From: Thermoanaerobaculia bacterium
GTDB lineage: Bacteria > Acidobacteriota > Thermoanaerobaculia > Multivoradales > UBA5704
Assembly (NCBI GenBank): GCA_044226625.1
Contig: JBGAGQ010000041.1
Span: forward strand, 1-53,856
Direction: 5' to 3'
Length of the DNA stretch: 53,856 nucleotides
The notes below the pieces were generated by a model, which saw only the letters and a list, made by a program, of their open reading frames with translations, was not told the origin of the DNA and did no database searches. This document shows positions 45,829-53,856 of the stretch, piece by piece (positions within the stretch are counted from its first letter, which is position 1; the number at the start of each line of letters is the position of its first letter). The position numbers and the translations under genes were made by a program.

Positions 45829-47673
45829 TTACCGCATCTCAACCAACGCCCGCGCCACCTCCGGCTGGTTCGGATCGAGCGCGAGCGACCGCTCGAGCGC
45901 ACCACGAGCGGCCGCCGGATCCCCAGCGCAGAGGTAGGCCAGCGCGGCAGTGCCCCAGGCGAGCGGATCTTGCGGACCGATCTCGGTCGCGAGCACGAGA
46001 TCGGCTCGCGCCTCCTTGCAATCCCCGCTTTGAAGCCGTTCCTTGCCCCGGTCGAGCAGTCGCGGCAGGGCATCCGGCAGCCCCGCGCGCGCGGCGCGAC
46101 GGAGCAGGTCGCCCGATCGGACGGGGTCGCTCGCGGCGAGAAGGTCGCTCAAATTCCAGAGCGCCGAGGCGGAGCTCGGATCGATCGCGATCGCCTTCTC
46201 GAAAGCGGCGGCAGCCTCGGCGGTTTGGCCCCGAGCGCGCCGAATCAACCCCTCGTTGTTGTAGGACCCGGGGGTGCGGGTGCCGTCCTCGCCTGGGAGC
46301 ACCGCTCGGGGCGCCCGCTCCGGCTCGCCCGCGCCGAGGTAGCCGAGCGCTCGAAGCGATTCGAGCTCTTCCTTCGAGGCCTGGGTTCCCTCGGATGGAG
46401 CCTCTGGCGCCGGCGCTTTCCCGCGTTCGAAACGTGCCGCGTAATCGACCTCCTCGCGGGCGGGCTCGAGCGTCGCGGCCGGCACGCCGGGGAGGGGAGG
46501 CCCGGCGAGCCCGCGCCCGGGCGGCAAGCCGAGCAGCGCGAGCAGGGTCGACGCGACCTGCTCGATCCGGCCGCGAGTCCGCGCGGAAGGCGGCGCGATT
46601 CCCGGCCCGAGGAGCAGGTAGATCCCCTCGTCCCGATGCCAGAGGCCCGCGGTCGCCGCCTCGGCGCTGCCGGCGTGGACGGGGCGCCCCTCCCCCCAGC
46701 GAAACCCATGGTCGGAGGCGAGCATCAGGATCGCCCCTTCCTTCTCGGCGATGGCGGCGTAGCGACCGAGAAGGCGGTCGATCTCCGCGAAATAGCGGCG
46801 GGGTACGTCGGAGTAGAGCGCGAAGTCGGCCTCGGAGACCTCGGGCCCCTTCGGCGCGAAAAACGGCGCGAACAGGTGACCGATCGCGTCGGTCCCTTCG
46901 AAGTAGACGATCGCGAGATCGGGATGCGTTTCCTCGATCGTCCGCCGCGCGAGCTCGTCGTAGACCAGGGTTTGAACCAGGATTCGGCGCAACCCCTCGA
47001 CTCGGTTCTCCAGCCCGGGCGGCGCGGCGAGGAGCGCTTGGAGCCGCTCGCGGTAGAGGCCAGGAAGGTAAGCTTCGATCGCCCCGGCATCGATCTCCCG
47101 CTCCGCCTTTTGGCGTGCCTCGAGCGCCGCGGCTTCGCGTTGGCGGGGCCAAACGAGGCCGGGGGGAGGAGTGCTTTCCCGCGTTGGGAACGAGAACAAT
47201 CGATCGGAGACGAGCACGCCCTCGACCGGCTCGGCCGGCCAGGTCGCCCAGAGCCCGAACACCCCGACGCCGCGGCCCGCGCTCGACGCCATGTTCCAGA
47301 TCGCGGGCACCCGCCGTTCCACGGAGGAAATGGGCTCGCGGGCGCCCGAGCGGGGATTGAACCGGGTGAAGTCGAGAATCCCGTGCTCGAGCGGCGAGAC
47401 GCCGGTCATCATCGTCGTCCAGAGCAGGGGAGAAAGGGGAGGCTGCGCGGTCTCGAGCACGCCGGAGTGGCCGGTTTTCAACAGCCGCGCGAGGTTCGGC
47501 ATCGTCCCGTCCGCCGCGAACCGATCGAGCAGCTGCCAGTCGGCGCCGTCGAGGCCGACGAAGAGAACGCGCGGATGAGACGGGGGGGTGGCTCGACCGC
47601 AGGCGACGAGGAGGGAGAGCGCCACCACGAGCAGCGACTCGAGCACGAGCCGGGGCGCCCCTGGCCGGGTCAT
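45829..47673 (-). CDS. Alkaline phosphatase-superfamily (nucleotide pyrophosphatase/phosphodiesterase-like) lipoprotein with C-terminal TPRs
   Basis: True start MTRPG.. at 47673 (overlaps the upstream stop); lipobox LLVAC; VLFVGLDGADW, WTTMMTG, LASDHGF, LRALGYL, TPR helices. Confidence 0.88.
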   Translation of the reverse strand: MTRPGAPRLVLESLLVVALSLLVACGRATPPSHPRVLFVGLDGADWQLLDRFAADGTMPNLARLLKTGHSGVLETAQPPLSPLLWTTMMTGVSPLEHGILDFTRFNPRSGAREPISSVERRVPAIWNMASSAGRGVGVFGLWATWPAEPVEGVLVSDRLFSFPTRESTPPPGLVWPRQREAAALEARQKAEREIDAGAIEAYLPGLYRERLQALLAAPPGLENRVEGLRRILVQTLVYDELARRTIEETHPDLAIVYFEGTDAIGHLFAPFFAPKGPEVSEADFALYSDVPRRYFAEIDRLLGRYAAIAEKEGAILMLASDHGFRWGEGRPVHAGSAEAATAGLWHRDEGIYLLLGPGIAPPSARTRGRIEQVASTLLALLGLPPGRGLAGPPLPGVPAATLEPAREEVDYAARFERGKAPAPEAPSEGTQASKEELESLRALGYLGAGEPERAPRAVLPGEDGTRTPGSYNNEGLIRRARGQTAEAAAAFEKAIAIDPSSASALWNLSDLLAASDPVRSGDLLRRAARAGLPDALPRLLDRGKERLQSGDCKEARADLVLATEIGPQDPLAWGTAALAYLCAGDPAAARGALERSLALDPNQPEVARALVEMR

Positions 47674-49058
47674 TTGGACGGTTCTCGGAGCACCGATCGG
47701 AGCGCCGCGTTCAGCACGATCCCGAGAGTGATCGCGAGAACCACGCCGTTGCCGAGAAACAGCTTCGCGATCGGCGGCAACGCAGCAAACCACTCCTTCT
47801 GCGCCCCGGCGACGACCGGCAGGGTAAGCGCCACGGAGAGCGTGATCGCGGTGGTGAGCAGGTAAGCGTCGTCTTTCCTCCCCGATCCGAGCAGGCGGAG
47901 GCCGGCGGTCGCGATCATGCCGCAGATGACGAGGAAGACCGTGCCGACGATCGGGCGCGGGATCAGGACCAAGAGGACGCCGAGCTTCGGCGAAAGGCCG
48001 TAGAGCAGAAGGAGCACGGCGGCCACCTGGACGACGCGCCGGCTGGCCACGCGGGTCGTGGCGATGACGCCGGTGTTCTGCGAGTACGTGGTGAGCGGCA
48101 GCGCGCCGAAGAACGGGCCGATCGCCGAGGCGATCCCTTCGACGGTGATGCCGCGATGGATGTGGCGCAGCCGATATACCGTGCCGGAAACGGCGCAGGT
48201 GCCGGCGTAGTCGCCGATCGATTCGGCGATCGAGCCGACGTAGCCGATGATCACGCCGATCACGGCGCCGGCCGCGAGACGCCATCCGTCCCAGGGAGCG
48301 CCGAAGGCGAAAGGCCGCGGCAGCGCGAGCCACCGGGCGCGCGAGAGCGCCGAGAAATCGGCGAGCCCGATGGGGCCCGCGATGGCGACTCCCCACAACA
48401 GGAGCGAGAACAGGAGCGCGCCTCGCGCGAGCACGCCCAGTCGGAGCCGATGGCCGATCACGGTGAGGAGGACGATCGAGGCGACGGTGCCCCCGGCGAG
48501 GGCGAGCATCTCCGGCCGCGGATCGGCCAACAGCCATCCGCCGGCCACGCGGGCGAGCGAGACGCCGATGGTCAGGACGACGATGCCGCAGACGTAGGGA
48601 GGGAGAAAGCGCCGGAGCGAGGCGAGAGCGCCCGAGAGCCCCAGCGCGGTTTCGAACAGCCCGCCGACGAATCCGGCCATCCACATCGCCGGGGCACCGA
48701 AGATCGAGCCCGCGGTCGCCATCGCGCCGGTGTCGGTCGCCGACGGCCCGAGGATCGACGGGAGGCGATTGCCCCAGGTCGCGTTGGCGAACGTCGCGAT
48801 CCCCATCAGCACGAGGCAGGCGGAGATCATCGCCGCGGTCTGCTCCGGGCCGTAACCCACGGCGCCCGCCACCAGGATCGGGAGGACGTACGGCGAGACG
48901 TCGACCAATGTGTGCTGCCAGGCGTAGAGCAGAGTCTCGGCCGGAGGAGGCACGTCCTCGATCCCGTAGTCCGGGATGACGGCTTCGAGCTCTTCGTCCC
49001 ACACCGGCTCGTCGTCCGCCATGGGTTCGGCTGGCCGATCCTCGCGCGCCGCGCTCAT
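47670..49058 (-). CDS. NCS2-family (uracil/xanthine) permease
   Basis: QH motif in TM1; ESIGD; TTYSQNTGVIATTRVASR NAT signature; many TM helices. Confidence 0.93.
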   Translation of the reverse strand: MSAAREDRPAEPMADDEPVWDEELEAVIPDYGIEDVPPPAETLLYAWQHTLVDVSPYVLPILVAGAVGYGPEQTAAMISACLVLMGIATFANATWGNRLPSILGPSATDTGAMATAGSIFGAPAMWMAGFVGGLFETALGLSGALASLRRFLPPYVCGIVVLTIGVSLARVAGGWLLADPRPEMLALAGGTVASIVLLTVIGHRLRLGVLARGALLFSLLLWGVAIAGPIGLADFSALSRARWLALPRPFAFGAPWDGWRLAAGAVIGVIIGYVGSIAESIGDYAGTCAVSGTVYRLRHIHRGITVEGIASAIGPFFGALPLTTYSQNTGVIATTRVASRRVVQVAAVLLLLYGLSPKLGVLLVLIPRPIVGTVFLVICGMIATAGLRLLGSGRKDDAYLLTTAITLSVALTLPVVAGAQKEWFAALPPIAKLFLGNGVVLAITLGIVLNAALRSVLREPSK

Positions 49059-49117
49059 GCCCGCTCTCCTCGAAAGGTTCCGGTGAGGGCCTCAGTGTAG
49101 ATTAACCTTCCGCCGCC

Positions 49118-49552
49118 ATGGGACGAGAAGACCGCAAGGGCCCTCCAGGTCCGACCGATCCGGAGGCCGGGATCTTCCAGGGGCGCTCGATCGCGCGCCG
49201 GTTCGTATCGCCCGACGGGATGACCGTTCTGGTCGGCAAGACCGCCGAGGACAACGACGTTCTGTCGCTCAAGCTCGGCAGCCCGCGCGATTTCTGGCTC
49301 CACGTCGCGGGCGATTCGGGCTCGCACGTCGTCGTGCGCAACCCGGAGAACCTCGCTCGGCCGTCGCGCGAGACGCTGCTATTCGCGGCCGGGCTCGCCG
49401 CCGGCTTTTCGAAGGCTCGGAACGGAGGGCGGGTGGCGGTCCATTGGACCACCTGCGACGAGGTGAGCAAGCCGCGCGGTCTGCCGCCGGGCAAAGTCCA
49501 GCTCGGCCGCTACGACACGGTGCAGGCGGCGCCGATCCGAGGCGCAGGTTGA
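49118..49552 (+). CDS. NFACT RNA-binding (DUF814) domain protein
   Basis: VLVGKTAEDNDVL...DFWLHVAGDSGSHVVV...AAGLAAGFSKA...VSKPRGLPPGKV. Confidence 0.9.
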   Translation: MGREDRKGPPGPTDPEAGIFQGRSIARRFVSPDGMTVLVGKTAEDNDVLSLKLGSPRDFWLHVAGDSGSHVVVRNPENLARPSRETLLFAAGLAAGFSKARNGGRVAVHWTTCDEVSKPRGLPPGKVQLGRYDTVQAAPIRGAG

Positions 49553-49620
49553 GGAATCGCGACGCGGCGGACCGAGCCGAGGATCGAGCGCCGGAAAGGC
49601 TCTGATACCCTTCGCGCGCC

Positions 49621-50469
49621 ATGAACCGACCGACGATCGCCCTCGCGCTTTCCGTTCTCTCCTTCGTCACCGCTCTCCCCTCGCTCGCCGCACCCCCGGC
49701 GCAAGCCCCGGCGGTGAAACCCGCGGTGGAGGCGATTCCCGCGCCGCCGGACGTCGCGGCGCCGCCAGCCGACGCGCAGACCACCGCCTCGGGCCTGGCC
49801 TCGAAAGTGATCCAACCGGGCACGGGAACGATCCGGCCGGAGCTCACGGATTCGGTCAAGGTGCACTACACGGGCTGGACCGTCGACGGCAAGATGTTCG
49901 ATTCGTCGGTCGCCCGCAAGCGGCCGATCGTCTTTCCGTTGAACGCGGTGATCTCCGGCTGGCGCGAAGGGGTCCAGCTCATGCTCGAAGGGGAGAAGCG
50001 CCGGCTCTGGATCCCGGCCAAGCTCGCCTACGAAGGGGTTGCCGACCGGCCTCAGGGGATGCTCGTTTTCGACGTGGAATTGCTCGAGATCTTGCGCGTC
50101 CCGGAGACGCCCGCCGACGTCGCCGCGCCGTCCGCGGACGCGGAAAAGAGCGCCTCGGGGCTCGCCTGGAAGGTGCTCGAGCCCGGAACCGGAACGCGCA
50201 AGCCGTCGGCGCAAAGCATCGTCCGCGTCCACTACACGGGCTGGACGGTCGACGGAAAGAGATTCGATTCGTCGATCGCCAAAGGTGCGCCCGCGGTGTT
50301 CAAGCTCACTGAGGTGGTCCCCGGCTGGACCGAGGGCCTGCAGCTCATGGTCGAGGGAGAAAGCCGCCGTTTCTGGGTTCCCAAAGCGCTCGCCTATCGC
50401 GGCGCGCCGGGAAAACCCGAGGGAATGTTGGTCTTCGACGTCAAGCTGATCGAGATCACAAAACCCTAA
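49621..50469 (+). CDS. Secreted two-domain FKBP-type peptidyl-prolyl isomerase
   Basis: Signal peptide; two copies of VHYTGWTVDGKxFDSS...GWxEGxQLM...LAY...LVFDVxL. Confidence 0.95.
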   Translation: MNRPTIALALSVLSFVTALPSLAAPPAQAPAVKPAVEAIPAPPDVAAPPADAQTTASGLASKVIQPGTGTIRPELTDSVKVHYTGWTVDGKMFDSSVARKRPIVFPLNAVISGWREGVQLMLEGEKRRLWIPAKLAYEGVADRPQGMLVFDVELLEILRVPETPADVAAPSADAEKSASGLAWKVLEPGTGTRKPSAQSIVRVHYTGWTVDGKRFDSSIAKGAPAVFKLTEVVPGWTEGLQLMVEGESRRFWVPKALAYRGAPGKPEGMLVFDVKLIEITKP

Positions 50470-50582
50470 GTTTCAAGAAACCCGGCAGAAAATGCACATT
50501 TTGCTGTACACTCGGCGGCACAATTCGCCGGCCCTAGGGCCCTTTCCTGCGATCGCAGTAAGCATTTGTGAAAGGTATTCGC

Positions 50583-51914
50583 ATGAAAAGACCGACCTTG
50601 ACCGGGATTCTGCTGTGCGCGGCAGCCGCCGCGTCTGCACCGCCACTCCAAGCGGGCGAGTCCTTCATCCCCATCGCGCGTAACCAGCCGAACGGCGGCG
50701 GCACGAGCCGCACGCTGGTGTTCGTCACGAACCTCTCGTCGTCCTCGAAAACCTTCCTCTCCCAGTTTCTGGTCGCGGGCACGGACGGGGTGGCGAATCC
50801 GGGGGAGACGACCAACCTGTCGATCGCCGCGGGACAGACCATGCAGCTCGCGACCAGCGTCCCCATCGGGGCGACCGGTATGCTGCGGATCGACGGCCCG
50901 TCGGATCTCCTGATCGACGCGCGCCTGGATACGGTGAGCGCGCAAGGCGGTGTGCTCTCCCAGTCCCGGGTGCCGGTGTTGAGCCCCGAGCGGAACACCC
51001 CGGCGGGCGAGACGGTCTACCTGCAGGCGCTCGAGCGCCGGGCGGATGGCAAACCGCTCACCGACTTCGGCATCGCGAACCTTTCTCGCGACCCGTCTTC
51101 CTGTACGGTCGCCGCGGTCCGAGCCAACGGCGAAGCGATCGGCTCGGCGGCCACGTTCAGCCTGTTTCCTCTCTCCCTTCGGGAGTTTCCCGAGGTCTGG
51201 GTCACCCTGGGAATCCCCGAAATCGCGGACGCGCGGATCTCGGTGACCTGCAGCCGGCCCTTCAACACCTTCGCGTTGGTCTTCGACGTCGGCGGTCCGC
51301 GGACCGTGGCGGTGACCCCGGGTGGAGTGCTCGATGGAACCCTCGAGCCGATCATCCGGCCCGGGGAGGTCGAGTTCAACGTGCCGGGCGACTTCCTGAT
51401 CGCCAAGAACGGTGACTCCTTCCGCACCTACAACATTCCGTTGGTGCCGAACCAGAAGTATCAGAAGGCGATCGTCGACTTCGACATGTTCCTCAACAAG
51501 TTCCCGCCCGGCCTGTTCACCGGGGTCACCTCGATGCGTCGGACGCACCGCGATCGGCACCAGCGGATCCTGTACTACGGCATCCAGATCCGAAACGACA
51601 ACAAGAAGACGAACCTCGACCTCGGCGACGAGGTGCTGGTGCGCAGCGGCGGCGGGGTGTGGAAGAAGAGCACCCAGTACCACATGCACTTCGAGTACGA
51701 CTTGACCACGAACCGGGTCACCCTGATCGCGACGCAAGACGGCCGGCAGACCCTGTCGTTGTCCGGTCCGCCGCAGACTCCCGAGCTGGTGGACAACGGC
51801 AATGCGATCAGCGTCGACTTCGGCCAGACCGGCATCGCCGACGGCGCCTATTTCCCGCCGATCGGCTGGGTCTACTCCAATCTGCAGGTGAAGTTCGAAG
51901 CGAAGGAGGACTGA
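50583..51914 (+). CDS. Uncharacterised secreted beta-rich protein (paralog 1)
   Basis: Signal peptide MKRPTLTGILLCAAAAASAPPLQA; homologous over its length to the next ORF. Confidence 0.8.
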   Translation: MKRPTLTGILLCAAAAASAPPLQAGESFIPIARNQPNGGGTSRTLVFVTNLSSSSKTFLSQFLVAGTDGVANPGETTNLSIAAGQTMQLATSVPIGATGMLRIDGPSDLLIDARLDTVSAQGGVLSQSRVPVLSPERNTPAGETVYLQALERRADGKPLTDFGIANLSRDPSSCTVAAVRANGEAIGSAATFSLFPLSLREFPEVWVTLGIPEIADARISVTCSRPFNTFALVFDVGGPRTVAVTPGGVLDGTLEPIIRPGEVEFNVPGDFLIAKNGDSFRTYNIPLVPNQKYQKAIVDFDMFLNKFPPGLFTGVTSMRRTHRDRHQRILYYGIQIRNDNKKTNLDLGDEVLVRSGGGVWKKSTQYHMHFEYDLTTNRVTLIATQDGRQTLSLSGPPQTPELVDNGNAISVDFGQTGIADGAYFPPIGWVYSNLQVKFEAKED

Positions 51915-51918
51915 AGCG

Positions 51919-53394
51919 ATGCTTCGCACGGAAACACGGCACCTCACCCTTCTGCGCCGCGGCATGATCCTCGGCGTTGCTGCCCTGGCCGCTCTGGCGG
52001 CCCGTCCGGCCACGGCCGGCACCGCTCTCATCCCGATCGCCTCCAACCAGTCGGTCAACGGCACGCTCTACCTGACCAAGCTTTGGGTGACGAACCAGGG
52101 CGGCTCGGCCCGTCGCTTCTCGACCAAGTTCATCGCGGTCGACGCGAACGGAACGCAGGCTCCCCCGTCCGGCCAGATCACCGTCGGCCCCCGCTCGACG
52201 ATTCTCCTCACCAACGTCGCGCCCATGGGTCAGGCCGGCATGCTGTTGGTGACGGGAGCGCCGCAGTTGGTCGTCTCCGCGCGCCTGGAGGCCTTCGGCA
52301 CCGGCGGGGCTCTTGCCTCGGCGAACCTGCAGGCGGTCACCGGACGTCAGGTTTCGGTCGCGGACGCCACCGTGGTGCTCCAGGGTCTCGCGCGGCGGAC
52401 GGACGGCCTGACGACGAGCATCCACGTGGCGAACACCACGACGCAGGCGGCGACCTGCGTGCTCAAGGCGTTCCGCAAGGGCGGCCAGCAGATCGCCCAG
52501 AACATGACGATCTCCGTCAAGCCGCTCTCGCTCCGCAGTTTCGACGATGCGTTCTCGACCCTGGGAGAGACCCAGATCGCCGACGCGCGTTTCACGGTGT
52601 CCTGCAACAGACCGTTCTATGCGTTCGCCCGGGTCCAGAAGCCGGGCACGGCCGAGCTCGAGGTGGTCAGCCCCTCGGCGACCGTGGGCCGCGCGCCCTC
52701 GGTCACCAGCCTGGCGGACGATCCGGCGGACCTGCCGCAGGGCGACGCCTATCCCGAGCCGGACGAGTCGGCGCTGTCGGCCGCGGCAGTCGAGTTGGCT
52801 CCGGCCGACGTCGCCGCGGACGGTACGCTCACGATGGAGGTCCCGGGCGAGTTCCTGCGCGTCAAGCAGGGGGCTTCGTTCAAGGCCTACACCCTGCCGC
52901 TGCGCGAGAATCTGGAGTACGGCGAAGCGGAGATCGAGTACGATCTCGAGATCGCCAAGTGGCGGACGCCGTTGTTCCACGGTCTTATGGGTTTCAAGCG
53001 CTCGAATCCCGACCGGCGCCAACGCGTGCTCTATCTGGGCTTTCTGATTCGGGGAAGCAGCGGATTCAAGACGATTTTGGATATCGGTAAGGATCCCCGG
53101 ACCGGCGAAGGAGAGCTGATCAAGAGCAATACCGGTCCCTGGCGCGAGCGGAACAAGTACCACGTGAAATTCCGCTACGACACGGTCGCCCGTCGCGTGA
53201 CGATGACCGTATTCAAGAACAGCCAGCTGATCCAGACCCTCGCGGGCGAGATCAACAACCGCGACCTGCGCGACCTCGGTCCCGGCAAGCGGGTGACCCT
53301 GGACTTCGGCATGACCGGGATCGCCGACGGCGCGTATTTCCCGCCGCTCGGCTGGGTCTATTCGAACCTGAAGGTCAAGGTGTCGCCCCGCTAG
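51919..53394 (+). CDS. Uncharacterised secreted beta-rich protein (paralog 2)
   Basis: GGAGG RBS; signal peptide; shares DFGxTGIADGAYFPPxGWVYSNLxVK with paralog 1. Confidence 0.82.
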   Translation: MLRTETRHLTLLRRGMILGVAALAALAARPATAGTALIPIASNQSVNGTLYLTKLWVTNQGGSARRFSTKFIAVDANGTQAPPSGQITVGPRSTILLTNVAPMGQAGMLLVTGAPQLVVSARLEAFGTGGALASANLQAVTGRQVSVADATVVLQGLARRTDGLTTSIHVANTTTQAATCVLKAFRKGGQQIAQNMTISVKPLSLRSFDDAFSTLGETQIADARFTVSCNRPFYAFARVQKPGTAELEVVSPSATVGRAPSVTSLADDPADLPQGDAYPEPDESALSAAAVELAPADVAADGTLTMEVPGEFLRVKQGASFKAYTLPLRENLEYGEAEIEYDLEIAKWRTPLFHGLMGFKRSNPDRRQRVLYLGFLIRGSSGFKTILDIGKDPRTGEGELIKSNTGPWRERNKYHVKFRYDTVARRVTMTVFKNSQLIQTLAGEINNRDLRDLGPGKRVTLDFGMTGIADGAYFPPLGWVYSNLKVKVSPR

Positions 53395-53417
53395 CGGCAC
53401 GCTCCGTCTCGAAGCTC

Positions 53418-53446
53418 AAAAGGGCCTCCTCCGGGAGGCCCTTTTT
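53418..53446. terminator. Bidirectional rho-independent terminator
   Basis: AAAAGGGCCTCC-TCCG-GGAGGCCCTTTTT between convergent genes. Confidence 0.9.
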
Positions 53447-53476
53447 CATCGCCCTCTTTCCCGCAGCCTCAGGCCC

Positions 53477-53856
53477 CTACATGACATAGAGCGCGGCGAA
53501 GGTTTCGATTCCGTCCCAGAGGTTCTGGAGCCGCAGGTTCTCGTCGTGGGTGTGCTGGTTGTCGTCGTGGTTGGCGATCGGCACGATGAGCAGCGGCACC
53601 CCGAGGACGGCATCGAACGCGGCGAGCGGCAGGCTTCCCCCCAAGGTGGGCAATCGGACCAAATCCCCGTGCGCGGCCTCGAGCGCGGCGACCACCCGGC
53701 GCGCCGCGGGAAGGTCCATGGGCGTTCGGATCGCCCGGTAGCCTCCCGGCTCGCGCTCGATCCGCGCGACCCGCGGGTGGGCGAGGCGCTCGCTTTCGGT
53801 CGGCTCGTCCTCGGTGACGAAATACCCTTCCTTCCGGACGTGGTCGATCACTCGAT
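53477..53856 (-). CDS. M20/M25/M40 metallopeptidase, C-terminal part (5' end outside window)
   Basis: PTLGGSLP...IVPIANHDDNQHTHDENLRLQNLWDGI. Confidence 0.85.
   Translation of the reverse strand, partial: RVIDHVRKEGYFVTEDEPTESERLAHPRVARIEREPGGYRAIRTPMDLPAARRVVAALEAAHGDLVRLPTLGGSLPLAAFDAVLGVPLLIVPIANHDDNQHTHDENLRLQNLWDGIETFAALYVM

Noticed and set aside
47674-49002. 1057-aa ORF 45829-49002 as one protein
   Set aside because: The first ~440 aa are an Arg-rich off-frame reading of the permease; the real gene starts at 47673.

Overview
High-GC bacterial DNA; the protein types suggest Acidobacteriota/Thermoanaerobaculia, which is inference only. Left flank: a partial ligD and a DUF305 gene. Positions ~2.5-41.2 kb form an apparent island. 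It holds two giant secreted proteins: a 3250-aa carboxypeptidase-regulatory/Ig-repeat protein and a 5253-aa Ig/beta-propeller/YD-Rhs polymorphic toxin with its immunity gene. These are followed by a ~12-kb array of start-less toxin-tip/immunity cassettes. Each complete immunity gene in the array is followed by a conserved ~180-290 bp non-coding repeat (core GTCCACCTGTCCGCCGAG). In four places this repeat leads into an antisense D-D(35)-E integrase with an N-terminal hydrophobic segment; only one copy is intact. This integron-like Rhs cassette/integrase arrangement is the best candidate for an undescribed system. The island ends in an IS3 remnant, an 11x21-bp repeat and a tRNA cluster (Pro-TGG, Arg-TCT, Arg-CCG). 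A 14/15 match to the tRNA-Arg(CCG) 3' end sits at 2494. Right flank: housekeeping-type genes (patatin, glnS, ICL/PEPM, AlkP-TPR lipoprotein, NCS2 permease, NFACT-R, FKBP, two paralogous secreted proteins, partial M20 peptidase). All family calls come from reading motifs by eye; no searches were run.
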